Shown here one piece after another: positions 1 through 13,000 of a stretch of DNA of 64,000 nucleotides (position 1 is the stretch's first letter; each line of letters begins with the position of its first letter). Below the pieces are notes generated by a model. That model did not search any database. It saw only the letters and a program-made list of their open reading frames with translations, and was not told the DNA's origin. Where the stretch lies: NCBI GenBank assembly GCA_964247055.1, contig OZ176050.1, positions 4,464,001-4,528,000 of the forward strand, read 5' to 3'. This stretch comes from Paragordius varius. Its lineage: Eukaryota > Animalia > Nematomorpha. The translations under genes and the position numbers were made by a program.

Positions 1-800
1 GGCTAGAAAAGATTAAAAATATCTTAAACTTTGTTTTTATCTTTAAATTTTCGAAATTATCAGCCTCGTAAAGAAAATAAATTAATATTGAGATGGTAAT
101 TTTTAAAAAAAACAAAAAACTCAAAATGACTGTTTTGAGCGACATAAAAGCAATAAAAAAATGTTTTAATCAAAAAAACTTTCTGTTACCTTTTTTGGAC
201 ATTCATCACCATCTAGACAAAGTTTGAGCTATTTTCATCCATTAGTTTCAAAAATATATTAATTAAAAAAAATAGCTCTCGCTTCGCGCGTTTGTCGCTT
301 TCTGTGTCCAAACTGTCGATTTAATTCATATTAGTATACATTTTATAGAGTTTTATTACTCTTTCAAATGATATATTACAAATAGGCATTGCTTGTATAT
401 TTTCAAAGAAAAACATTTTTTAGTAAAATTTTGATAAAGAGGGCGCATAATCAAAAAAATCAAATTATACAAATACGTGGAGTTTAATTTTATTTCAGAT
501 TTACTGTTAAAATGATACTAAATATCAGAAAATGCAAAAAACTCGAGTGGCAGAAAAATTTGTTGTCCAGTGTTATATTCCGCCCTTGTACTAGGCATTT
601 CTGTCAAAATCTGATATATTTTTTGTTTATTAAGTTCGGCGCTTGCACTGGGAAGTTCCTGAATTCTGTGAAGATCTGGTCTGGTTCTTTATACATATAT
701 GATATTTTGTTTTTTCTATACATTAAAAATCAAAGGATATTTATATTTAATATCATACATATTGTTTCAGAATTATTAATAGAAAATATCACACTTATTA

Positions 801-1855
801 CAGTCATGTAGACTTAATTTTATCAAAAATTTACTTTTTTTCGTTAAATGGGTATTAATATTTGGTAAAAAAATATAAAAACAAGAGCTATCTGGTATAT
901 ATCATATTTTTTAAAAAAGTAAAAGAAGTGTGAGGGAAGGGCGTCGGAAATCTTTGGTAAAAAATGAAAATACACTAACTATTAACCCTTCATTTAAAAT
1001 TATTGTACAAAAGGGTTAAGAAAATCGTAATTTTTATCTCAATTATAATTTTTTTGTTTTGATATGGGAACGATTTTAAAAGATGCAATATTAAATAATC
1101 ATAAAATTAAAATCTTTAAAAAATATATCAAAACCATTGTAAAATTTTGCACTATATAACAGTAATAAACTGAAATTTATAAAAAAAATATATTCAATAC
1201 TTGAATACTTATTTTAAGCTAACGAAAGGTAAAAATTTAGTCAACGTGACATGTGTTTAATGGTAAAATTGAAAAAATAATACTTATAAACCGCTTTATC
1301 TATTTCCATCAATGTTAGATGTAATTTAAAAAAAGCTACAATTTTACCCTTAACACTAAATGAATACGACATTTTGCAAATATCTTGTAAGATAAAAATG
1401 GCGTCGAAGTTGTTTGACATGTAACTTTTTTTTTAAAACAAATTTTTTTTAGATATTTTGGCATATTTATATAATTTTTATTAGGAATCATAAATTTAAA
1501 TTGGGACCGTTTCTTTCACTAATTTATTAAAAATACTAAATCAAATTTAATCTGGGGTATATTTGGATACCTCAATTTGAATCTAGGTGTTAAATAAAAA
1601 TTTTATCAAAAAAAATAATATATAAAATTTTGCTAAAAAATTAACAAAAATATTACCATTCCCCTTTAACAATATTTTAAGATTTTCATTTTTTACCAAA
1701 GATTTCTGACGCCCTTCCCCCACACTTCTTTTACTTTTTTAAAGAATATGATATGGTAATACCATATAGCTCTTGTTTTTATATTCTTTACCAAATATTA
1801 ATACCCATTTAACATAAAAAAGTAAATTTTTGATAAAATAAAGTCTACATGACCG
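801..1855. mobile_element. Tc1/mariner-like non-autonomous element (family A) with ~170-bp TIRs, containing a family B copy
   Basis: TA|CAGTCATGTA ... TACATGACCG|TA. 801-970 is the inverted copy of 1685-1855. TA flanks and a CAGT terminus are typical of Tc1-type elements. Confidence 0.75.
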
Positions 1856-2499
1856 TATATTGCTTGTACTGGGCATTTCTGTCATCTGATATATTCTTTG
1901 TTTTTAAAAGACAATGGATATTTATATAAAGTTTCCATATGTTTTAATAAATATATTACTATTATTTTAGAGTAGCACTATTGAAGGAAAGGGACCCATT
2001 TTTATTTTTTCAATCCTGATAATAATTATATAAAACGGTTAAAATATCTAAATAATTTTTTTTTGTAAAAGAAGTTCCATGTCAGAATATTTGGACGGCA
2101 TTGTTGTTTTACAAAATTTTTGCAAAATATCGTATTCATTTAATTTTAAAGGTAAAGTTAATGGTAACTTTTAATTAAAAACTAACATTAATAGAAATAG
2201 AAAAGTGGTTAATTTTACAATTTAGCCAATGACCTAATACGTTGACTATATTTTTACCTTTGGGTTATAAATTAAAATAGGTATTATCAAGTATTTTTAA
2301 ATTTTTATTGTATTTTTCGGTTTATTAATCTTTTATAAGAGCAAAATTATGCCCTGGTGATATCTTCCATATATTTTTAGGCTATTTTGTGTTAAACATG
2401 CGTAGAATATTCAAATACCCATTTTGAATCGAAGGACATAAATGAGTGTTGTATCCAAGTGTTAATTTATTTTACTGTGTAATGTATGAACCTGCGAAA

Positions 2500-3850
2500 C
2501 CGCTATTTGAAAATTTGCATTAATATAATTGTGATATTCTATGATGGCGCATTTGTTAGGGCAGAAGCCTAATTAGTGGGTAATATAACCGCTATACATA
2601 ATATATCGCCTTTTTGAGGTAATATTTCAGGCCCCTATCAAACATTACCAAAATTTGACTCCAAAGTCACTCTGTATCGATATGATGTCATAGTTGTAGG
2701 CGGACAGCCCCCTACCCAGAACCCAATATGAAAATGTGGTTCGATAAAATTTTATGCCTTCATACGGAATACGTGGAAACATTCATTCAATATGTTCTTA
2801 TTTGTTTTTGGAAGAATGGCTTCAAAACTAAATAGTATATCATTGATAGGGCATTTTTTCGGGCGTAAAGGACCTATTCAATCCTAATTTAAAAAACCGC
2901 TGGTCTTAAATCTTTGCCTTCTTACGGGTATTATTCAGGTCTTTATTAAACTTATGTGACCTGATAGGTTTTTTGAAAAAATTACACCTAACAACGCAAA
3001 TTTGATATGGTGTCGCAGTTTAGGCGGGTGTCCCTACCCAGAAGATAATACGAAAAAGCGCTTGATTAAAATTTTTACCTTTTTATGGAGATTACCTGGA
3101 ATCATATTGATTCCATATGCTCTCATTATTTTTTGGAAAAATTGCCTCAAATCTAAAAAATCATTCTAAGGTGGCGCATTTTTCAGGGCGTGAAGGGCCT
3201 AATTAACGGCTAATTAAAACCGCACAACCTAAATCTGTGCCTTGTTACGGGTAATATTTTTACCTATTGAACTCATATGACCTGATAGGTTTTTTGAAAT
3301 TTAGGCCCAAAACGCTATTTCGATATGACAGAGCAGTTTTTAGCGTGTATCTCCTTACCCGGCAGCTAATAAAGGAAACGATCTGCTAAAATTTTTGCCT
3401 TTTAACAGGGAATACCTTGAATCCTTATTGAATTATTACGGTCTTATACCTTAGGCGAAAAATAGATTCAAAAAATTATTTTTATGGACTTTTGAAAAAA
3501 TTGCATTTTACGGGGGGAGCAGGTAAAAAGAGGGCCTAAATTAAAGCGAACGACTATGTTTGGCGCAATCGAAAATAAGTAAAAAAAATCATATTTTAAA
3601 TTGAATGGTCCAACTCGTTTTCCGGAAAATTGTCTCAAAGACACGATTTTTGTGAACTTATGTTTTCAAAAAACCCGTTTTTTACACGGGGTGGGCCCGA
3701 ACTGGGGTCCTAATTCAAAAAAGAGTGAAGCTATTGTCGGGGCATTATTTAATGATTATATTGTTTGACATTTGGATTTGAATGGGTCTACCGGTTTTTC
3801 GGAAACAGATCACAAAGCCACCACTCTTAATTTTATAAATATATATATTA
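2500..3850 (-). mobile_element. Family C copy expanded by ~3 tandem ~310-320-bp units (left arm of large palindrome)
   Basis: Recurring motifs (ggcgcatt at ~2546/2849/3173; ctaccc at ~2710/3033/3355). 3440-3850 matches the family C 5' half. 3' terminus not found. Confidence 0.7.
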
Positions 3851-4181
3851 TGTTAATTAAAAAAAATATTGGTAATCTTCTAGATTTGAAGATACACAAT
3901 TTATTTTACGGTGAATTTGAAATATTTGAGGGTGAATTTAAATTATTTGAGGATGAATTTGAAATGTTTATGATAAGAATTGTCAAAGGAGGAAGGGGTA
4001 AATGATTTAATAATTGTTGATTTTTAAATTACCCGTTTGCTACAATTAGATTTGGGTGCCATGTATTTAAATTTAAAAACCTGAAAAATTGTAAAATATA
4101 TGTTTATCTAATATATATAAGTATATTTGATAATCATAATGAGTATAATTATTTCAATTTAGCACTGGAAAAACTCCTTAA

Positions 4182-6210
4182 CCTATATATTCAAAAAATA
4201 AAAAATGCTGGCTTTGTGATCTGTTTCCAGAAAACCGGAACCATTCAAATCCAAATGTCGAAAAAATATAATTAATGAACGCCCTGACAATAGTTCGCCC
4301 TTTTTTAAATTAGCCCCCCAGTCCGGGCGTATCCCGTGTAAAAACGGTTTTTTTGAAAAAATAAGTTCACAAAAATCATGTCTTTGAAACAATTTTCCGG
4401 AAATCATGTTAAACCATTCGGTTTCAATAATCATTTTTATATTCTTTTTTTAGATTGAGCCGAACATAGTTGGCTCGACTTTTTGATTTTGTCCCTATTT
4501 TTACCCCCTCCTCCCGAAAGTGCCATTTGATTGAAAAAATTAAGTCCACAAAAAAGTTTTTTGAATCTATTTTTCATCCAAGGTATGAGACCGTAAAAAT
4601 TTAATGAGGATTCCCCATATTCCCCGTTAAAAGGCATATAGTCGTGCGTTTTTTTTATATTGGATGCTGTTTAAGGAGATACCAGCTAAAAACTGCTCCG
4701 TCATATCAAAATAGCGTTTTGGGCCTAAATTTCAAAAAACCTATCAGGTCATATGAGTTCAATAGGTAAAAATATTACCCGTAACAAGGCACAAATTTAG
4801 GTCGGGCGGTTTTTCAAAATTAGCCGTTAATTAGGTCCTTCACGTCTGAAAAATGCGCCACCATAGTATGATTTTTTAGTTAGGCAATTCTTCCAAAAAC
4901 TCATGAAAGCATATGAAAAGAATCAGGATTCCAGGTATTCTCCGTAAAAAGGAAAAAAATTTAATCAAGCGCTTTTTTGTATCAGCCTCTGGTAGGGAGC
5001 TACCCGCCTAAAACTCCATTATATAGAAAATGCGTTGTTTAGGAGTTAATTTTCAGAAAATTTATCCCATACAAGTTTAATAAGGGCCTGAATTATTACC
5101 GGTAAAAAGGCAAAAATTTAAGTCGAGCGGTTTTTTAGTCGGTTAAATAGGCCCTTTACGCCCTAACAATGCGCTATCATTGAGCTAATATTTAGTTTTG
5201 TAGCCATTTTTTAAAAACTAATACATATGGAATGAATGATGATCCTATATAAAGGCAAAATTTTTTATCGAACGTCTTTTTTATATTGGCATCTGTGTAG
5301 GGGGCTACCTGCCTACAACTGCGCCATCATATCGATACAGCGTGACTTTAGAGGCTTAGAAAACTTATCAGGCCATATGGGATCAAAAGGGCTTGAAATA
5401 TTACTCGTAAAACGCCAAAAATTTATGTAGAGCGGTTTTATTAAATTACCCCTTAATTAGGCCCTTCCCTGAAAAATGCACCACCATAGAATGACTTTTT
5501 GGTTTTGAGGCAATTTTTCGAAACCACGAGAGCATATGGAATCAATCATGATTCCAGTTATTACCAGAATGAAGGCAAAAATTTTAATCGAGCGCTTTTT
5601 TGTTTCGCCCCTGGTTAGGGAGCTACCCTCGCAAAACTGCATAACCATATCGATACAGCATCCCTTTGGAACCAAACTTCAGAAAACCTAGGAGTCTAAT
5701 AGGAACATATGAAATCCATGATAATTCCAGATATTCCCCATATAAAGATAAAAATTTTGCCCAACGCTTTTTTACACCTGCCCCTGGATAAGGATCTACC
5801 CGCCAAAAACTGAGCCACTATATAGAAATTGCGTTGTTTTGGAGCGATTTTACAGAAAATTTATGAAGCCATATGAGCTCATTAAAAGCTTATTACCCGT
5901 AACTAGGTAAAAAAGGTCAGGCGTTTTAGCCGTTAATTTGGGGCCTTTATGCCCCAAAACTACACTATCATTAAACGATTATATAATGTTGAGGTATTTT
6001 TTCGAATAACCCATGAGATGATGGTATCAAAAATGATTCCAAATATTTGCCCTATAGAGGCAAAAATTTAACTCAGCGCTTTTTACATATAGGTTTATGG
6101 GAAGGGTTCTACCGGTTTAAAACTGAGACGCCATACAAAAATGGCGTGGTTATGGAGCTAATTTTCAAAAAACTTATTATACGAGTTCTAAACACATTTC
6201 TGGGGAATTT
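4182..6210 (+). mobile_element. Family C copy expanded by ~5 tandem ~310-bp units (right arm of large palindrome)
   Basis: Starts cctatatattc (variant of the TCTATATAT 5' end). 4670-4860 is a near-exact reverse complement of 3170-3356. Unit markers at ~4681, 5001, 5306, 5623, 5797 (short unit) and 6109. Confidence 0.7.
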
Positions 6211-6539
6211 GTATAATATCATTCCTTCCTTTAAAAGGTGACCACAAATTACTTTTTATATCCCTTGATCCCAGCTGTTTAAAACAATTTCAAAATAAAC
6301 ACTTTTAACCATAATTTCGAATAAAGGAAAATATTAAAATAAATCCAATGATAGTTGAATATTAACTTTAATAAGGGACAGTTAAAATATGGTCAATTTC
6401 GATAATATTTGAGCCTATGCAAAAACCCGTAAAAGAATAATTAAAGACATTCTTTTTATTAAATATGTTTTTTATTATTCTTTATCTCCATTACCTCTAT
6501 TTATTGCAAATTATTAAGAATAATTATCGGTGAGACTAC

Positions 6540-6569
6540 GTCACAGCGAAGCGTGACAGGGCCAGCTAG
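6540..6569 (+). mobile_element. Helitron-like 3' terminus of a second family
   Basis: GTCAC-a-GC-GAA-GC-GTGAC hairpin followed 8 nt later by CTAG. The 5' end was not identified, and the next base is A rather than T. Confidence 0.45.
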
Positions 6570-9500
6570 AACACAATATTAATTATCTATGCGATAAACA
6601 TATATTCACATCAATGATGAGATATATTAGCCTCAAAACACATAATTTATTTTTAGGATGAATTCGAAATGTTTAGGAGTGCATATTGTTCTAGGGTTTA
6701 TTTAAGTGTAAATGGTATATTTTGTCAAAATGTAATCAAAAGCCTTTCAATGTTAAATAATTTCATTATATAACCACAATATATTTATATTTTATAGTTT
6801 TCAAGCGAGTTACAAATTTTAAAATATGTATAATACAAAAAGCTATAGAGCTTATATTTATATATTAAATTTGGCTAATCTTCATATAAATGAAATCACT
6901 CTGGGGTAGGAAACTACTTTAAAAATTGGTGTACATAAGGCAAAATATATAAGTAAATTAATAATATATAAAACTTTTTAACCAATATTTGAAATTTCTT
7001 TTATATTACCTGATAAACATATGCTGAAAAGTTTAACTGGTTTGGTTTATATAAGCGGTTACACTGACCGTCTGAAAGCATTAACACCCGGTTAGACCAG
7101 ACTAGATGAAACAAAATTTGATATCAATTTATAAGCATTATAACAAATAAAATATTCGGAAAATTTATTTGATGTTATTTTAGAGAGCGGTTAGTTTTTA
7201 AGTTATGGAAATTTGTCATAAATAACCAAAATAAGAAATCTGGTAAAATTGCGCACATAATGTCTATAAATTTTTGGGAGCTAAATTTTTAACATAATAT
7301 TATATGATATAAATTATAATATCAAAACAATGTTGGTTTTTATTTTTATGTGAGCCTCATTAACATAAAAATTACAAAAATATCTGCTAAATGTTGGAAT
7401 AGCAATTAGTTTCGTTTTAAAAGCTTAGCATTTTCAAGTATGAAGAATATTCTATTATATTTGCATCCTACAGCTGTCTAATACACGTCTATGTACATAA
7501 TTTAATGCCCAATCTGATCCGAATTTTATATAAAATATACGGATTCAAAGCTTAAGTGTAAACAATCATTTTGTTGACTTGATTTTTTAATTGAAATGCT
7601 TTAACTTTTCAGCGACATCGATTTGTGAAGGAAAGGCGCTTCTGTATACTCAAACCTGATCATATAATTTCCGCAATGCAACTCGTAATGCCGCCTATCC
7701 TACTCTAGCTAAATTTTGGTTTAATATGTTTTTTTCAGCAAAACTAACATTTATATCAAACTGCGTTCAAAGGCCAAAGTTTTTCTCAAATCATCCAAAA
7801 ATTTGGCCCACATAATCATGATTAACCAATATGGTTTTCATTTTATAAATTTAATATATGCATATATAATAGTTTTGCCGTGTCACCTTAATTTGGTCGA
7901 ATAATATATTCTAAGCAGTAAAACTAGGAATTGTTGTAAATGAAAATTTATAAGTTACAATGAAATGCTTATTTATACTTTGATTTTTATTTATCCATAA
8001 CCCTTCATTATTTTTTCGCTTTTTTGTCCTGGTTTACATATTGGGGTAGATTTTATATTCCAGAGCGCAATTTTGTAAATAAATACGGGTTAGTAATTTA
8101 TTTTAGTTAAAATTAAATTATCCAGCATTGTTCTCAAATATTAGATAAAAAAGCTTATTTTTTACAGCTTTGTGACTTCCAGAGTCCACTAATGGGACAG
8201 CCCCAAAACACGATCGAAAAGAACAGCTGATATTAAATTAATATTAAGTTTTTGCTATTAAAATGTGGCTTTAAAGCTTTAATTACTTTTTTAAATCAAA
8301 TTTCAAATCGCTCTGGGATATAAAACAGCCCCAAAAGGTATTGGAGTCTTAAAATCATTATCCGAATTTTGTATTATTTTAATTTTACAAAAAATTCTGA
8401 CAAGTATCTAGGATAAATTTAGAAATACGCCCAACTGGTTTAATAAACAAGGCATAACTTGCTGGATGCATTCATAAATTGCATGTGTCATAGTTTATAC
8501 TAATTGAGGGTAAACATTTTGTCTCATAAAAGAAAAGATTAGAGATGGATTTTTAAATTAATCCTTAGGGAACACCCGATATAAAATACGCTGAATATGG
8601 AAATCATTGTTTCCACCGAGCACATTTAGTACATAGATTAAAATTTATAATTTCAGAATATGTTAAAAGTGTTGATACAAATAAGTCAATCAATCGCCTG
8701 TTTACCAATTTTTGCCTAATTCATATTTTATATCAGAGGTAACCAACCTTTTTTTCCCATGGGGTACTTTTTTCTTAGAAAATTTCACACAGGCAAGTAT
8801 CAATATTAAGTATTAAAAGATTCATTTATCACTTCAACACAAATGATGAAAATATATATGGCTCTATTTATGGATCGGGGTGACTAGCACAGACCATTTT
8901 AAAATAATCATAATAAATAATTATTTTTGAGTATTATTTTTATATATAATCCTAATTTTATAAAATATATAAATAATGTTGATTCAGAAGACCTCTGATT
9001 GCTACAATGAATACCAATCCTAAAACATTTACGTTATTCAATTTATTCTGATAGTAAGCTTTTTGTTGATTCCATAATATTCATCTTCATAATCTTTAAA
9101 CAGCAATTCAAAAGATTTAATAAAAGCTCCATTCCAAATTTTTCCGTCCTTAACAGAATTAAGGTTTAGATTTCTGATATGCAAGTTGTAATTATGGATT
9201 TTTTTTGCTATATTTCACAATGTAGTGTTTCTGAGCATTTAGTTATCTTTCAATTGATTGATTTTCGATTTGCAAATATCTGATTTGTATTTTTGATAGT
9301 TCATAAGAAGCGTAGTAAAATGTCTGTTGACATTTCCATTAAACAAAGCCATGATGGAGTTACAATCAAACAAGTTTATTAACCATTATTCATTATAAAA
9401 AACAATCTTTTTTCCATTCATTTCTATAACGATATATTTTAGCATTCTTAATTTTTTTAATCATGGTAAAATATAAGTTTAAAAGATACCTCCTTCTGTT

Positions 9501-10075
9501 TTTTGCTGAATTTATTTAATAAGAAATTTTTTGACAAAAATTAAAATAAATTGAGGAAAATAAATTGTTTATGGAAAAAACTCAAGGCAAATTCACAATT
9601 TGTTAAAAATTTTCAGGCGGGCACGTTTTGAAATCTCAAGGTCACGAACCCCTGTTTTATATCGTCTAATATATTTGAAAACAATCTAAATAATTTAAAA
9701 TATTAAACCATTTGGTTCAACCAAACATCAGTGAAACAGTTTTCAATATAATTCATAAATTTTTATAAGTTACATTAAATATACTCTTTATAATTTACAT
9801 ATAATTAAAACAATGAATATGCCAGAATGTAAATTTTTTCAATACAATAATAATTTATATATGATATTAAATTCAAAATATGGATAACATTTAATCAATG
9901 ATAATATTAATACTAGCGATACTATACAAAACAAATCAAGCATTCAATTTTGGTTAAAGTAATAGTTCTTATCCGGATAATGAGTGAGTATTATCTGTAT
10001 CTATTTAGAAAAATAAATAAAATTAAAAACATCCCATAAAATATTATATAATGTCAGAAAAATTATGTTAAAAAT

Positions 10076-13000
10076 TTAACTTTTAAAATCCTGCATATGA
10101 TCGTTGGTTGATGTTGGTAGCATGGAATTAGATTGTTGATCAAAAGTCATCTGTGAATATTCATAATTATATTATTTAATAACCTTTTATGTCTAAATTT
10201 AATTCAACTTTAGAACAACATAAATTCTTGTGATTACATTATTATATATAGTAATATATTTAGAACAATAATATATATTAAACACAATTTATAATATATA
10301 ACAATTAAATTAAAAAATTCGATACACTTCTATAGGCGTAAATATAACAAGCTTGACAAAAAATATATATGGATATTTGTGTTGCACTATTCAAAATGCC
10401 ATAACATCCATAAAATGTTTTCATTTTATTATATTATTTTTAAACGATATTTTTGAACAATTAAATATTAAAAAATGTAGCTTTATTTGGCTTGAAAAAT
10501 TATAAAAGCCTATCCAAAATATATCGATTAATTTAGAATTGCGCTAATACAGTAAAAATTTCAAAATATATTATAAAAACCATCTTTTTATATTCTTGAT
10601 ATTTTGTATAAATCCAATGATTACAACCGTGAGTTGGCCTGTAAACAATTTAAATCTTTTTCCAGACAATCCCAAAAATCAAGATTAGAATGTGGTATTT
10701 TTATAAAAATAACTAGCGTAAATCTCGTGCTGCTACAAAGCCCGAGGAAGTCCTTCGGACTTCTGGGGGGGCTATTTGAAAAAAGGGACAATATATGTGA
10801 ATTATTTCGGAACATTATTTAATAGCTATCATAGGAATTTCAAAACGGTGCATTCATACTAATATATTGTTTACTTTGGCGAAAATAGATTCAAAAAATT
10901 ATTTTTGTGGACTTTGTTTTTTGAAAAAATGGCATTTTACGGGGGGAGCGGATAAAAAGAGGGCCTAAATCAAAAAAGCGAGACGACTATGTTCGGCGCA
11001 ATCGAAAATAACTAAACAAAAATCATATTTGAAATTGAATGGTCTATACACGTTCTCCGGAAAATTGTCTCAAAGACACGATTTTTGTGGACTTGTGTTT
11101 TCAAAAAAACCGTTTTTTACACGGGATGGGCCCGAACCGGGGGGGCTATATTAAAAAAAGGGCGAAGCTATTGTCGGGGCATTCATTAGTGATTATATTT
11201 TTTTTGATATTTGGATATGAATGGGTCTACCGGTTTTCCGGTACCAGATCACAAAGCCAGCATTTTCCATTTTTATAAATATATAGATTACTCTTTTTTT
11301 GTAATTTTAATTTTACTGTTCATAAAACTACCTTTGACTATTATACATTCCACTTACACTAGAAACTCATCATCTTTACTCCGACCTTAGCTCAATATCC
11401 GCATCATAAATTTTTTTAAATAAATTGATATTTACTTAAATTTTCAGCTTTTACAATCGTTGTACATGGCTAATTAAAAAATAAAAAAAATAATTATTTT
11501 TTATTGTTTTTTAAGGCTGCCCCAATAACCAAGAAACTTAATTAAAAATCGTGAAAGTGCAGGATTATTATCAGCTGGACTCTTAGTAGGCGCTGTTTAT
11601 TTAACACTCATTTTAAGAGGGCAGGGGACAGGGGTCAACTGTATTTTTAACTTTTTAAAATAAAAAAAGGCTCAATCAATACCTGTTCATTGGTCAAAAG
11701 AGTGTTGTTATCAACAGCAGTGGTTGTTATTTGTTCATCAGTTTGTATTGAACCGTCTTCTTGTTGTTGAACATAATAACATAGTATTTGATTTCCCTGT
11801 TCATCTTGCGTTACAAAAACGTTCATGGCATTCAAATCGACCTCTTGGGTTGGCTCACCACCACCACCATTCCCTTCATTTAACAACATTGCGGCTTCTA
11901 CACTATTTTCTGCTTCAGTGTTTCCAGTAATATTTGTGTTAATGTAATTTTCATTATTTAAGACGACTTGGTCAAATGATGACGTTAAAAGAAAGGATGA
12001 GGATGATGGCATTTGGTGTGAAAGACTAAAAATCAATTAAAAATGAGAAAAAAAATTAATTAGTAAAAATAGATGGAGAAATTAGTAGGGTATAGTAAAA
12101 TAATTAAATTTTAAAATTAACTCGTCGGTATATACCATTTACATTTCGAGTTCACCCTAAAATAATTCAAATTCACCCTCGAACAGGTCAAATTTACCCT
12201 AAAATAAATTATGTTTTAAAAGATTTAAAATTAGCTATATTTTTAAAAAATAAAATTTTAAAATTAACATTATACTGAAAAAATAATAGACAATGAGATA
12301 AAGAAATACATATTAATGAGGAGTTATATTAGCCCAAAAACACATAATTTATTTTTAGGGTAAATTTGAATTGTTTAAGGGTGAATTCGAATTGTAAATG
12401 GTATATATATAGATTGAAAAACCAATAATGATCATAATAATGCGTAAAATCTATAAAACAAGAAATGAATAATAAAAGGCATGTGTAAAAAATACTTATA
12501 TAAGGTGGTTATATAAATAGAAAACAAATTTTTATTTCAAGTAAAATGCAAAAACATGTTTATATTCCAGCAATATATTCATATATGTTAATTAAGCATA
12601 AAAAAGATATAATATTAAAATATTTTTCTGAGGCTCCGGTTTCCAGTTTGGGATAGATAAAAAACGAAAAAATAGTGGTTTAATTAAATTTCGTTTAAGC
12701 TTGAAATAATAATAATAATAATTTTCCAATTCAATTCGTTGGCAAAAAATAAATGGTGAAATTCGCAACAAAGATATTTTATTAGCCAAATGTCTATTAA
12801 AACTCTTTTATTCAATAATATATATATATATACATCCGTCATAAAAATTAGGAAAATATTTACTTTTCATTGGTGTTTGCCATGTCATTTGTTTGGCTAT
12901 ATTGAAGCTCCAAACTATTTGTCCTCTCCTCAGTATTTTGTACAATTAACGTTCCATCTGCACTATTTTGTTCCAATGCGTTGTTTTCAAATGATGTTTC

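Noticed and set aside
512-811. 99-aa plus-strand ORF
   Set aside because: Overlaps duplicated repeat flank; no motif.
3772-6241. Short ORFs 3772-4005, 4183-4434, 4437-4637, 5236-5430, 5457-5675 and 6047-6241
   Set aside because: They fall inside the family C repeats; similar peptide fragments recur at 11039-11278 and 27973-28251 only because the DNA is repeated. No transposase or RepHel motifs.
8960-9400. Stop-interrupted coding-looking stretch on the minus strand
   Set aside because: Several stops and no family motif I can name; would need a translated search.
12131-12406. Short regularly spaced subrepeats that could be mistaken for a CRISPR-like array
   Set aside because: No unique spacers, degenerate units, inside a palindromic MITE in a eukaryotic intron.
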